A stretch of DNA of 64,000 nt, taken from positions 1 through 64,000 of IMG/VR virus record IMGVR_UViG_2708742532_000007; one strand, 5' to 3'. Numbering within the stretch: position 1 is the first letter of the stretch; the number at the start of each line of letters is the position of its first letter. The position numbers were made by a program, and so were the translations under genes. The notes under the pieces are model-generated. The model did not search any database and was not told the origin of the DNA. It saw nothing but the letters and a program-made list of their open reading frames with translations. Source of the stretch: a virus. Lineage: Duplodnaviria; Caudoviricetes. Below, piece by piece: positions 21,206 through 31,187 of this stretch.

Positions 21206-22085
21206 TTATTTCACCTCTAATATCAATCTTCACCCAATCATTACGAGTAATCTTCTTTCTATGAAGACTTCCTGTATCTGACCATGTATCATTCATTGTC
21301 ATGCAAGAGAAATCTTCTCTTCAAACAGCATGTCAACAGCTGGAGGCAGTCGAGCAGGCTAATACACAGCTCCTACCAAAGAAAGCGGCACTTCAAAAAG
21401 CGCATCCAACTCTTAGGGGAGGTATCTATAGTATATGCACTTCTCACTCTATACCTATAAATTTTTGCTTTGCTTCTGAAATAGAATCCTAAAAATCCTA
21501 CTTTTGTTTTTGCATTATAATACCCTGAATCTGAGTTATCAAAGGCTCTCCAAGCAGGGTAGCTTGAGCTAAACTCATTGAGAACAAAAGCAAAACCTTG
21601 TGGAGAATATGTATTCGATGTTAAAGTAGGGGGGTATAGAGCTACCATCAGCAATTTTTCTATGTTCAACAAAATTATTTTTCTCAAAATCGCTTTTTGC
21701 AATAAAAAATTCATCTGTTACAAACCCTGCAAATAAATCAATTCTCACTTGAATATACTGCTTAGTTTCAGATTGGATAGCTCCATCTTCCGCAATAGCA
21801 ATCCAGTCAGACCAATCGCTACCGTTGTCTGACACTCTTGTTAATACTGCGAATGAGCTTCCACCGTTCACTTTGTTTTCTGCAAATAATTTTTCAAAAT
21901 CCTGAAAAATTTCTCCTAAATCAATTACATCAGAAGTCCAAGAGCCTTGCTCAACATAAATAGGTCTTCCTTGACCATCAACATCAACTAGCTCTTTTAT
22001 TGATTTTTGTTTTATCATGAGTTCCTGAAACACCAATGGATAGACCTATTTCTTTCTTCTCTGTATTACCACTTATAAGAGCCAT
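21206..22085 (-). pseudogene. Baseplate/fiber-associated discoidin protein, multiply frameshifted
   Basis: MALISGNTEKKEIG start at 22085; fragments 21575-22036 (GSWTSDVIDLG, QYIQVRIDL) and 21373-21714 (YPAWRAFD); the discoidin breaks off at ~21405. Confidence 0.75.
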
Positions 22086-22110
22086 ATGAGTATTTTCCTA
22101 TCTTAGTGAG

Positions 22111-22725
22111 TTATTTTATTGTCCAATTAATCTGACCTGTTCTATTTGCTTCTAAAGGGGCATAGAAGCGTTCTATTTCAATCCCTCTTGATTTGAATAC
22201 TAAATGACCATTCATTGATTTATTGGAAGTTAACTTGAGCTCAATAAAAGGACTTTCATTTTCTAAAGGAAGTGAAACAACAGATTGAAAGAAAAATTGA
22301 GTATCATCTTTCTTGTAAGTTGTTTTATAGCCAAAATTAATTGACTTAATATTTGATTTCTGAATACCTTGAACGTTATTGTAGTCAGCGTAGGCTTCTT
22401 TATATGTTATAAGGTCTTTGTCCTCGAAGTTTGTTGTTAAATGATAAACCTCTGAATTTTCATCAATGTATTCAATTTCAATTCTTCTACCGTTTAGGTT
22501 GAAAGAACCATCACACATTTCAAAAAACAGTTTCATTCCTTGACCAAACAAACCAAAACGAATGACCTGATTTTTCTGAATTAAATAAAAATCGTTTTTC
22601 TTATGCGTAAGTAGGTCATACTCTGCATAATTTTTACCGTTTGCATAATCAGCGTTCCAGTTAAATGGAATACCGATTGCTTGATTGCTTCTTGCGTTTG
22701 CGAACATTTTATCAATCTCCTTCAT
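22111..22725 (-). CDS. Phage tail-region hypothetical protein
   Basis: Intact 204-aa ORF in the operon; true start may be a few codons downstream (MFANARS). Confidence 0.7.
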   Translation of the reverse strand: MKEIDKMFANARSNQAIGIPFNWNADYANGKNYAEYDLLTHKKNDFYLIQKNQVIRFGLFGQGMKLFFEMCDGSFNLNGRRIEIEYIDENSEVYHLTTNFEDKDLITYKEAYADYNNVQGIQKSNIKSINFGYKTTYKKDDTQFFFQSVVSLPLENESPFIELKLTSNKSMNGHLVFKSRGIEIERFYAPLEANRTGQINWTIK

Positions 22726-22757
22726 TGCATTGAAGTATTTTTCTTTTATAAATTACA

Positions 22758-22793
22758 TAAAAATAGGGTAGGGGAGAAAGACCCTTACCCTAT
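22758..22793 (-). terminator. Rho-independent terminator
   Basis: ATAGGGTAGGG / CCTTACCCTAT stem with a T run on the minus strand. Confidence 0.7.
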
Positions 22794-22833
22794 AAAATCA
22801 ATGTTTTATTTCTTAAATATCATTATCTTACTT

Positions 22834-23595
22834 TTACACATAACGGTATGAAACACGTTGCATTAACAGGTTTTTACCTGCTGACGCTGTGATAGGTACA
22901 TCTGCGTACACAGAAATCTTAACAAAGTTACCGCCTGCTAGGTGAGCATTTGTTCCGTTAACATCAGTGTTGTTAGCAAAACCTAATATCTCTTTAGCAT
23001 TAGGTGTTTTTTCAATTTTGATAGCTACATATTCTACAGTACCATCAAATACAGGATTTCCTTCAACAGTTACCCATGATGAAGGCTCTGTGCCATCTGT
23101 TTCTCCTGCTTTTGTTACTTTGTAAATAAAGTCATTTGCTTTGGTTGGTTGAACGTAAGTATCTAATGTTAATGTTTTTTTAGCAGACCAAACTTGAGCA
23201 GTAGAAGCGTTCACGTTTGTAGTAGTACCTGTTGTACCTAAATCTTTCGTACCACTAGGGTTAGGTGTTCCTACGCCACCTTTACCAACAGGAACGAATG
23301 CATTTGCTCCTGTTTCTCCTAAACTATCTACACGAACTTTGAACCAGTTGTCTTTAACGGCTTCAACGATATTACCTGTTGAAGTACCATCTCCACCTTT
23401 GCGGTCACGAGTTGTGAAAACTACTTCTTCCATTTTAGAGCAATCTTCTGTTTCTCCACGATTATTCCAAATGTAGAAGACCTTAGTTGCTGACGCAGAG
23501 TCAGCGTCAACAGTACCGTAGTTTACTGTGCTTTTTACTTCGTTTGCCTTTGCGTTTGTTCCTTCGTACCATGATACTCTAGGTGCTAATGCCAT
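22834..23595 (-). CDS. Tail-region structural protein with a small carbohydrate-binding-like insert
   Basis: WSAKKTL..YKVTKAGETDGTEPSSW..DGTVEY insert, similar to the repeats in 29929-30588. Confidence 0.65.
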   Translation of the reverse strand: MALAPRVSWYEGTNAKANEVKSTVNYGTVDADSASATKVFYIWNNRGETEDCSKMEEVVFTTRDRKGGDGTSTGNIVEAVKDNWFKVRVDSLGETGANAFVPVGKGGVGTPNPSGTKDLGTTGTTTNVNASTAQVWSAKKTLTLDTYVQPTKANDFIYKVTKAGETDGTEPSSWVTVEGNPVFDGTVEYVAIKIEKTPNAKEILGFANNTDVNGTNAHLAGGNFVKISVYADVPITASAGKNLLMQRVSYRYV

Positions 23596-23612
23596 AATTA
23601 AATTCCTTCTTC

Positions 23613-24770
23613 CTAGTTAATTTTAATCTTTATATTTACTGTCAGGTTGTATGTGTCATTATCAAAAGTAGTCACATTCAACCTGAAAATATCATTTTTG
23701 TTAACTTTTGATTTTGTTAACTTGTGTAGTCTACTATCTTTGTGATTTCCTGCTTTGATGTTTACAGGGCTATTGATAATAGTAGACCAATTGACGAAAT
23801 CTTTAGAAATTTCGACGTCTATTACTGTATCAACAGTTCCTTTTTTTGAGACAAATGCTTCAATATCTAAGATTTCTCCATTATGAGGGAATACTACATG
23901 AGGGTCTTGAACACCTTGTAGAACTTCTTGAGGACAAATGAAAACAATAGTTCTGTAATCTGTTTCAGAACTAATGCCTTCCATTTTAACATAATGTTCT
24001 TTTGACATAAGACCATCATATTTTTCTGTAGCATTTGGAACGTTACCGCCTAAAGAATCTATCGGGATCCAATCCTTACCATTCCAACGATAACGAATAC
24101 CTGTGTCATAAACTTGAACAGTCCAACCAACATGTGGGTTAGGATACTTCTTCGCTATATCAGCCTGTGTTTGTACAAAAGGTTGATAGATTAATACAGT
24201 AGTTTCATAGGCATCTTTGATAAGCTCAATGTGTTGTAGAGCTTTATCATTTGTTTCAAGAACAATATCAGTAGCTTCTTTTGTTAGGTTTGTAGCGACA
24301 ATCATATTATCTAAAACTTCTTCAAAATTAGCAGTTTGACCGATTAACTCCTGAACCTGAGTTTTAGCTTCCTCAATGATTTTAAATAGTGTTTCTGTGC
24401 TATCTGTGCCATCGTAGTGAATAATCCTATTGGAAGGGTACAGAATAACGCCTCTACCTTTATACATGATAGAAATTGTTTCAGCTTCTCTATCAGCATT
24501 AAAGTAGATGAAACCATTTGTATAGTCACAATAAAACTCATTTTTTCCTAGACTGCTCTTAATAAACTTTTCATAGTTTACTTCAAACATGTTTGCAATC
24601 CTTACTCGATATAGTTCATCAGGAATCTCTAATAGAGCCACACGTTGATTAACTACACGAGTAATGTCTAATCTATCAACAAATGGGTCGCTAGGTGTTC
24701 CTTTACGCCAAACTATATGAATAGGATTATTAAATTCTAAATAATTTATTGGTTGTTTTGTTACTGCCAA
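23613..24770 (-). CDS. Baseplate/fiber-anchoring protein (upper-baseplate-like)
   Basis: N-terminal domain, coiled coil, then YPNPHVGWTVQV..YRWNGKDW and ATEKYDGLMSKE fiber-type motifs. Confidence 0.65.
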   Translation of the reverse strand: MAVTKQPINYLEFNNPIHIVWRKGTPSDPFVDRLDITRVVNQRVALLEIPDELYRVRIANMFEVNYEKFIKSSLGKNEFYCDYTNGFIYFNADREAETISIMYKGRGVILYPSNRIIHYDGTDSTETLFKIIEEAKTQVQELIGQTANFEEVLDNMIVATNLTKEATDIVLETNDKALQHIELIKDAYETTVLIYQPFVQTQADIAKKYPNPHVGWTVQVYDTGIRYRWNGKDWIPIDSLGGNVPNATEKYDGLMSKEHYVKMEGISSETDYRTIVFICPQEVLQGVQDPHVVFPHNGEILDIEAFVSKKGTVDTVIDVEISKDFVNWSTIINSPVNIKAGNHKDSRLHKLTKSKVNKNDIFRLNVTTFDNDTYNLTVNIKIKIN

Positions 24771-24783
24771 ATTCTCACCTTCT

Positions 24784-25248
24784 TTATGAACCTATTGTTA
24801 CAGTAGAACTAGCTCCACCATTAATCTTAGAACTAGTTCCTGCATGTGTAGTAACAGTAGAGTTGTCAGTAGCAACAGACTTACCATTAATAAATACATT
24901 GTTACTATTGCCAACTGTTACTGAGCCTTGAGCATTAGTGTGAGAACCACTAACATATACGCCACCGCTAGGTAGCGAATATGAGTCATTCTCTGTGGTT
25001 TTGTCACCTTGGACAATTGGAGCTTTACCTTCAATCGTTACGTTTGATACTGTCGATACTGCTTTCCCCTTTACTGTTGCAGATGTTGGATATTGAACCC
25101 AATCATTGATAGGGTAGGTTGGTACATAATCACCCCATTGGTCATAATATCCTCCACCTGTGTCTACTTGCTCAAGCACCTTATAAATAATATGGTTAGA
25201 TGCAGTAGTATCAGATATTGTTGCGTCTTTGAGTGCTATCTTTGCCAT
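24784..25248 (-). CDS. PAAR-like spike tip protein
   Basis: PAAR-type repeats: MAKIALKD, SNVTIEGKAPIVQGD, NNVFINGKSVAT..TTH, and terminal SSTVTIGS. Confidence 0.72.
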   Translation of the reverse strand: MAKIALKDATISDTTASNHIIYKVLEQVDTGGGYYDQWGDYVPTYPINDWVQYPTSATVKGKAVSTVSNVTIEGKAPIVQGDKTTENDSYSLPSGGVYVSGSHTNAQGSVTVGNSNNVFINGKSVATDNSTVTTHAGTSSKINGGASSTVTIGS

Positions 25249-25259
25249 ATAGAATCCTC

Positions 25260-28200
25260 CTAGTTTAAGCTAATCTTAGTTCCTTTAACTTCTACGCCAC
25301 TTGCTGAAATTTTGATGTAGTTATTAGTGTCAAAACGAATCATCAGATTATCCTTTTCAAGAGAAATCCATGAATATTGACCAAATTGCATTTTAGCATC
25401 TTGCCCTTTAACAACTCTGAAAAACTCATACAGGTCAGTCTTAGCAACGAATTTTTTATCAGAGTGGAATCGAACTCCACCTTTAGACTCGAAGTAAACT
25501 GCTTGTCCTGCATCATCTGTATCTGACTCATTGAAGTAGAACTTAGTCATAACTCCATTAGGTGCGTCATACTCAATAGCAAACTTTTTATTGTCCTTAT
25601 AGACTTTTGCTTGCTCAGAACCACTACCATATCCTCTGCCATTTCCTGAACCGAAAATCATAACAGGGAAGGAAGTATCGCCTGTACCTTCGTAAGTGAA
25701 CTCTAACTTTGTTTTTTCACTACCTGAGAAGAAAGTATTAAATCTCATGAAGTTTTTAGCAATATGGATAATATCTTGTTTTGTATTTCCTTTTCCAAGT
25801 GTTTTCAGACTATTAACTGTTAAGTCAGAGATGTATGAGCCATCAATATCCTCAATCATTTTATCATCATCACCCATGATATATAGCTTTTTAGCAAATA
25901 GTGAGCCATCAGTATCAACCCAAAATCTATCTTCGCCACTTTTTGTTTTAATTCTTATAGCGTCATTGGCATTTAAGAATATATCAGCGTTTTCGCCATA
26001 GATTGAAATACCTTTTTCATGGTCAAAAACAATTCTCTCACCTAAGTCACCATCAACAATTTTTAAGTTGTGAGTAGTAATGTCTTTTGCATAAAGTCTT
26101 CCATCCAAACCAACCCAAAACTTTCTATCTCCATCGACTTCGATTTTAATAGCGTCATTGGCATTTAGATAGATTACAGCACCGTTGTTATCACCGGAAA
26201 TTGTGATTCCATCATACCAATCAAAGGTGATTTTCTCGTTCATGTGAGCGTCTACAATGCGTAGGTTCTTTGTTACAAGACCTTCTGCAAACAATGTACC
26301 ATCTTCCCACATAGGGTCGCCTAGAGTGGCAAATAGCTTACTAACCCATCTTCCTTTTTCCCATTTTTGAAGGGCAAGACCATTTGTAGCATTTAGGTAA
26401 GCTCTGTATCTACCATCATTACGAACAGCAATAAAGCCAAAGTCATTCATAATTAGGTTGTTGTAGTATTTACCCATATTAATACCTGAGTAGAAGATTG
26501 AGTCTTCAATTGCTTGCTTTAGCTTTTGTGATTGGTCGTGGTATTCCCTAGACACCTGAATGAAATAACCTCTATCAGTAACTTCACTTGTTTTTTCCAT
26601 AAGAGGATGTTGTTGGTCTATATCCAATGACTTATCTCTATCTATACCTTTTTCTGTGATAGGGATGAATTGAATGAGGTAGTCTACAAGCGCTGTATAA
26701 GCGTTTATAAGGGGGTGTGTATCAAATCTCTCGATATTTGACTCAATTGTTGGGAAACTGCCTTTAAGGGCATCCCACTGTCCGTTAATGTCTGTTAGAT
26801 TGTCTCTATCACTCTTGTTGTATTTCTCAGCGTGAGTGAGAAGGGCTTTGTAGTCAGCATGTATGCGGTGTAAATCTGTAACAATTTGTAGCTTTTCTAA
26901 AGTTGTTAATTTTCCATCAGCAACGATTTTGTCTAATTTAGCTATGTTAAAGATATTATTCTCTGCATCTAGAATAAGGTCGCCAATATCATTGACTATC
27001 TTAATTCCTTCTGCAACCATATGTTTTGTATAAAGTGTGCCATCAGTATTAGCCCACATGACTTTTTGCCAATCATTATCTTTCCATCTTGAAATTGCAA
27101 AACCAACACAGTCAGTTACTTCAACTTTCGTGACAGTATTCCATGATTTAAGACCGAAACATTCGCCTTCTTCTTGACGGATTATATTATCAAATTCATC
27201 TCTTAGGTTATCTGAAACAAGACCTAGCCACATAACTTCTTTACCGTCTGCATTGTAGATAGTAGTTCGTGAGCCTTGAGTTTTCCATGCTCCTAATTCA
27301 TCTTCGATATACAGGTTAACACCTGAGATAAGTTTACCGAAAATGTATTCTCCCCAAATACCATCTTTTGAGATAGCGTGTTTCCATGTGTTACCTCGGT
27401 CATTTGTAATAGCCAAGAAACCATTTTGTATAACTAGCCAACTATCAGGGTCTTCAAGTGACTTTACGATAATACCACGCTCTGAAATAGTAATTTGTTG
27501 GTCATAACCTGCTAGTACAGCATTCTTTAGTGAATCCCACTTACTATTAATAAGGTCATTGATTTTACCGTTGTTTTCTTTTGATAGATTCCAACCATCT
27601 TTGTCCATTGAAACAATAGTAGAAGTGAGGTCTGCTTTGTTAAGCAAGTCCATCAGTAATTCACTACCATCTTTGAGGTCTTTCTCATTAGCAATAGTCA
27701 ATGTGATTTCAAAATTCTCAAAGTCATAGTTAATCTCAATGATTTTTGCTAGGATATTAACTTTGAGCCTATCGTATCGTATTCTGATACTGTCACCTAA
27801 GCCTAGTTTGTCCCAATCATTTTGACATTCTATAATAGATAGGAAGTCAATAAGACTTACAGTTAGCTTGATTTTTGGCTCTTGGTTTTGCTTGAATACA
27901 GTCTTAGCTTCTTTCATTAAAGCTTCAGGGTGGGTGATAGAGTCATTTGTGTATTCTTGGACAATGATGAATTCTTGTAACTCAGCCCATTCTTCATTAG
28001 TGAAGTTAGCAGATGGTTTAAGCTTATCTAAGTGAGCTTGTTTTTCTCGCTCTGCGTCTTCTACATCAAATCTAGCGTTGTCAACAACTGTCTTTTGATT
28101 AGATTCTTCAATCTCTTTTGCTCTAAGTTTCTCAATTATCTCAGCATGTTTTTCTGTGCCATCTTTTGTACCTCTGTCATTGTATCCATCAGTACCCCAA

Positions 28201-29273
28201 AGGCTTTTATCAGTCTGAAAGTCAGCTAAAAGAACATCTCTTTCATCTTCTAATAGCATTCTCTCTACTGTGATTGTTGAAAGTCTATCAGACTCGATTG
28301 TAAGGATATCTTGTAGTGCCTCTATTTTCTTAGAGATGATTTCAAAGTCGCTGTCTAAGCTTTTAATTAAGTCCTCATACTTTGTTAGAGCAACACATAA
28401 GTTATCACTCATGTAGTCTGAGCTTTTAATTACTTTTTCTAATTCTTTATCATATTCAAATGGGTACATATAAAAAGAGAAGTCCTGAATATAGTCTTCT
28501 CCTAGTGGGTTTATTTTTCTGAAAGTTAATCCTTCTGAACCAAAGGCTCTTAGGCGTGTAACCGTTGAGCTACTATCAACTGATAAGTCAAAGCTTTCTA
28601 AGTATTTTCCATCTCGAATATAAAATCCTTTGTTTAGTCCTACATTCTCAGCTCTGTGAAACTCGATTTTTAAGTCCTCAGTGTTCCACTTAATGACAGC
28701 ATTCCACTTAGTAGCAATGTCATACATGACTTCTAAAATAGACATAGAGCTTACGGTATACTTTCTTTCTGCTGTTTCAGAAGTAGTGAAGTAGCTGTCA
28801 ACATAACCAATCGTCCAACGCTTAATAGGGACTTCTAACAAGCTACCGTAAACATCTTCAAGTACACCATCTGCAACATCTTTTAAGTTACCAATTTTTT
28901 CGTATTCTCGAATGTTTTTGTCACCTAATTGAACACCTAGCGAATATGCTCTGTATTCAATATAATCTTCATCACCATAAGTTTTGTTAGATTCATTGAA
29001 AAGAAAATACTCAGTTGTGTTGCCAACAACATATTTAAAAATATATCTGTGCTTAATACGCTCGATATTTGGATTGTCCATAGGAACTTCATCTTTAATA
29101 ATGATTGTTGGAATCTTGAATGATAGCTCATTAACTGTACTTAACTTTGTGTAGTATTGTACATCATAGGCTTCATTAATTTTTGCTATAGTGTCTTTGT
29201 TTGGTTTACATAGAAAAAGACTTTTCTTAGGTAGTTTTAGGTTATAATCAATTTCACCTATCTTCACTGTCAT
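25260..29273 (-). CDS. Tail spike/Tal (prophage endopeptidase-tail-like) protein with coiled coil and beta-repeat C-terminus
   Basis: ELSFKIP, VTRLRAFGSEGLT, LGLGDSIRI..AKIIEINYDF; repeated G(T/R/S)L(Y/F)AK units; ends GVEVKGTKISLN. Confidence 0.82.
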   Translation of the reverse strand: MTVKIGEIDYNLKLPKKSLFLCKPNKDTIAKINEAYDVQYYTKLSTVNELSFKIPTIIIKDEVPMDNPNIERIKHRYIFKYVVGNTTEYFLFNESNKTYGDEDYIEYRAYSLGVQLGDKNIREYEKIGNLKDVADGVLEDVYGSLLEVPIKRWTIGYVDSYFTTSETAERKYTVSSMSILEVMYDIATKWNAVIKWNTEDLKIEFHRAENVGLNKGFYIRDGKYLESFDLSVDSSSTVTRLRAFGSEGLTFRKINPLGEDYIQDFSFYMYPFEYDKELEKVIKSSDYMSDNLCVALTKYEDLIKSLDSDFEIISKKIEALQDILTIESDRLSTITVERMLLEDERDVLLADFQTDKSLWGTDGYNDRGTKDGTEKHAEIIEKLRAKEIEESNQKTVVDNARFDVEDAEREKQAHLDKLKPSANFTNEEWAELQEFIIVQEYTNDSITHPEALMKEAKTVFKQNQEPKIKLTVSLIDFLSIIECQNDWDKLGLGDSIRIRYDRLKVNILAKIIEINYDFENFEITLTIANEKDLKDGSELLMDLLNKADLTSTIVSMDKDGWNLSKENNGKINDLINSKWDSLKNAVLAGYDQQITISERGIIVKSLEDPDSWLVIQNGFLAITNDRGNTWKHAISKDGIWGEYIFGKLISGVNLYIEDELGAWKTQGSRTTIYNADGKEVMWLGLVSDNLRDEFDNIIRQEEGECFGLKSWNTVTKVEVTDCVGFAISRWKDNDWQKVMWANTDGTLYTKHMVAEGIKIVNDIGDLILDAENNIFNIAKLDKIVADGKLTTLEKLQIVTDLHRIHADYKALLTHAEKYNKSDRDNLTDINGQWDALKGSFPTIESNIERFDTHPLINAYTALVDYLIQFIPITEKGIDRDKSLDIDQQHPLMEKTSEVTDRGYFIQVSREYHDQSQKLKQAIEDSIFYSGINMGKYYNNLIMNDFGFIAVRNDGRYRAYLNATNGLALQKWEKGRWVSKLFATLGDPMWEDGTLFAEGLVTKNLRIVDAHMNEKITFDWYDGITISGDNNGAVIYLNANDAIKIEVDGDRKFWVGLDGRLYAKDITTHNLKIVDGDLGERIVFDHEKGISIYGENADIFLNANDAIRIKTKSGEDRFWVDTDGSLFAKKLYIMGDDDKMIEDIDGSYISDLTVNSLKTLGKGNTKQDIIHIAKNFMRFNTFFSGSEKTKLEFTYEGTGDTSFPVMIFGSGNGRGYGSGSEQAKVYKDNKKFAIEYDAPNGVMTKFYFNESDTDDAGQAVYFESKGGVRFHSDKKFVAKTDLYEFFRVVKGQDAKMQFGQYSWISLEKDNLMIRFDTNNYIKISASGVEVKGTKISLN

Positions 29274-29282
29274 TCCTCCTGA

Positions 29283-29936
29283 TTATTCTTGTAGTAGTAT
29301 TGCTTTGTGTCTAAAATCAAGGTCAAAATCACCCTCAGATGTGATATAGTTGCTTCCTCGAATTAGCTCAAGGTATTCATCATTGTGTGAATCATACCTG
29401 TAAACACCGTTAACTTGATTGCTTGATACAATCTCTTCATTCTCACAATCAATGTAAACTTCTTCATTGTTATTAAGGTCTTTGAACTCAACTCTCTGAC
29501 CTGTGGTAAAGTTAATGATTGCAATATCACCTTTACCGTTTTTCTTTCTCATCCAAATTTTAGGTTTAATAGGGAAGTCACCTGTGTTCTCAATAAATCC
29601 ATATGGCTTTAATTCAATTTCTAAGGATTGTAGATAAGGTTTTATAGCTTCATTATCTGCAACCATGACTATCTGAAATTGGATATATAATCCTGTCAAA
29701 ACATATTCATCTAAGAGGTCATAAGAAGTTATAAACAATCTCTTCCAATCAGTCCAATCAACCTGATTATAGGAAACTCTAAAATTGTATTCTACTGTTT
29801 GGTTGTGAATGTTGATTAATGTTTCTTTGATGTTTGCAATATATCTATCTAAGTTATTTGAGATAAAGAAGGTAGGGGAAGTATAGACCCCTCTAGGAAC
29901 GCTTAATCTTGACCAAGTAGTCATAATATCACTCAA
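29283..29936 (-). CDS. Distal tail protein (Dit), C-terminal-like part
   Basis: ENTGDFPIKPKI..EVYIDCENEEI..YLELIRGSN, typical of siphophage Dit C-termini. Confidence 0.7.
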   Translation of the reverse strand: MSDIMTTWSRLSVPRGVYTSPTFFISNNLDRYIANIKETLINIHNQTVEYNFRVSYNQVDWTDWKRLFITSYDLLDEYVLTGLYIQFQIVMVADNEAIKPYLQSLEIELKPYGFIENTGDFPIKPKIWMRKKNGKGDIAIINFTTGQRVEFKDLNNNEEVYIDCENEEIVSSNQVNGVYRYDSHNDEYLELIRGSNYITSEGDFDLDFRHKAILLQE

Positions 29937-30588
29937 CCTTACCGAATGGTCTAAATTCAGAGGAAATCCCTACTTGCTTCCACTTAACTGTTGCTTCTTT
30001 TCGCCATACTACAGAGCCATCAACTACTGTACTACTAGGTAAAACGCTTGACCAAATAGGCTCTGATGTTCCTGTGATACCTGCTGTCTCACAGATGTAG
30101 TAATACAATTTACTGCCGTTTACTGCAAATATAACATCGTTTACTTGGTAGTTATAGTTAGGAAACCACTTGTTACCATTAGCGTCATAAAATTCAACAC
30201 CTTCACCAACAAGGAAAGTAGGGGAATGTACCATACTTTTTCCTGCTGTCACACAGCGATAAATATTACCATTGTCAGGCTTTGCTTTAATTTCTTGACC
30301 TACAGTGTAGTTTACTTTTGGTTTCCAAGAAGGGGCATTTAATCCTTCACGAATGTTGACCCAACCAACATATCCACCAATAACAGGATTTTTATTCCAA
30401 ATAATTTTTCCACCCTCTATTACTTGACCTGTAGGTAAGTCCTCAGGTTTTTCAATTGCTTCTGTTAAGTATTTTTCAATTGTTGAAAAGTTTTTGCCAT
30501 ATCCAACAATAGTTTCTTTTATATCATCATTATCAAAAGTGTTATTAGTAACAATATCTAGTTCTAATCCACCGTTAGATTTTTCCAT
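29929..30588 (-). CDS. Protein with two CBM5/12-like repeats
   Basis: WKPKVNYTVGQ..YRCVTAGKS and WFPNYNYQVND..YICETAGITGTSEPIW; start overlaps the upstream stop (TAATG). Confidence 0.68.
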   Translation of the reverse strand: MEKSNGGLELDIVTNNTFDNDDIKETIVGYGKNFSTIEKYLTEAIEKPEDLPTGQVIEGGKIIWNKNPVIGGYVGWVNIREGLNAPSWKPKVNYTVGQEIKAKPDNGNIYRCVTAGKSMVHSPTFLVGEGVEFYDANGNKWFPNYNYQVNDVIFAVNGSKLYYYICETAGITGTSEPIWSSVLPSSTVVDGSVVWRKEATVKWKQVGISSEFRPFGKVE

Positions 30589-31187
30589 TAAGTTATTCCT
30601 CCCCAATTACTAGTAGTTGCATAGACATTTCCCCATGTTGATACGGTAGTGTCTATTGTTAAACCATTAGATGTATTTTGCATGTTTATCTTTTCTCCTA
30701 AAGAAAAGCTTTCATCATCTAATAGAACATTTGAACCAACGTTAGTCTCACGAAGCTCAATGTTTTCTTTTGTTTGTTCGAATGAGTAGCTGTATGGGGA
30801 ATCACATCTAATATTTAATTCGATATATCCCTCATTTAAACCATTGTGGAATAGTTGACTATCACCCTCGAACATTGCATAAAACACTCTATTTGGGTTA
30901 GAGTCAAACACCAATGGCTTATAATGTGGTTGGAAGAACCAACGAGCTAATTTCCTTAGCGTGTCCTTGTTTTCCCAATCTGCAATAGCAAAAGACAAAC
31001 TAAAAGAGAGTGGCTCATGTTCCACTCTCTGAAAGTAAGGTTTTTCACGATTTGCTATTTTTTTCTCAATGATTTGTCTGTTAGGGAGGAAGTTTTCTTC
31101 GAATAGACCATCGTTACTCCATGCTATGAAAACTCCCATATCCTCAGACGAAATACCATCATACATAAACTGTATTGATTGTTTCAT
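30588..31187 (-). CDS. Distal tail protein (Dit), N-terminal-like part (YomH-like)
   Basis: FMYDGISSEDMG..YKPLVFDSNPNRVFYA..RCDSPYSYS; directly follows the tape measure gene. Confidence 0.78.
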   Translation of the reverse strand: MKQSIQFMYDGISSEDMGVFIAWSNDGLFEENFLPNRQIIEKKIANREKPYFQRVEHEPLSFSLSFAIADWENKDTLRKLARWFFQPHYKPLVFDSNPNRVFYAMFEGDSQLFHNGLNEGYIELNIRCDSPYSYSFEQTKENIELRETNVGSNVLLDDESFSLGEKINMQNTSNGLTIDTTVSTWGNVYATTSNWGGIT

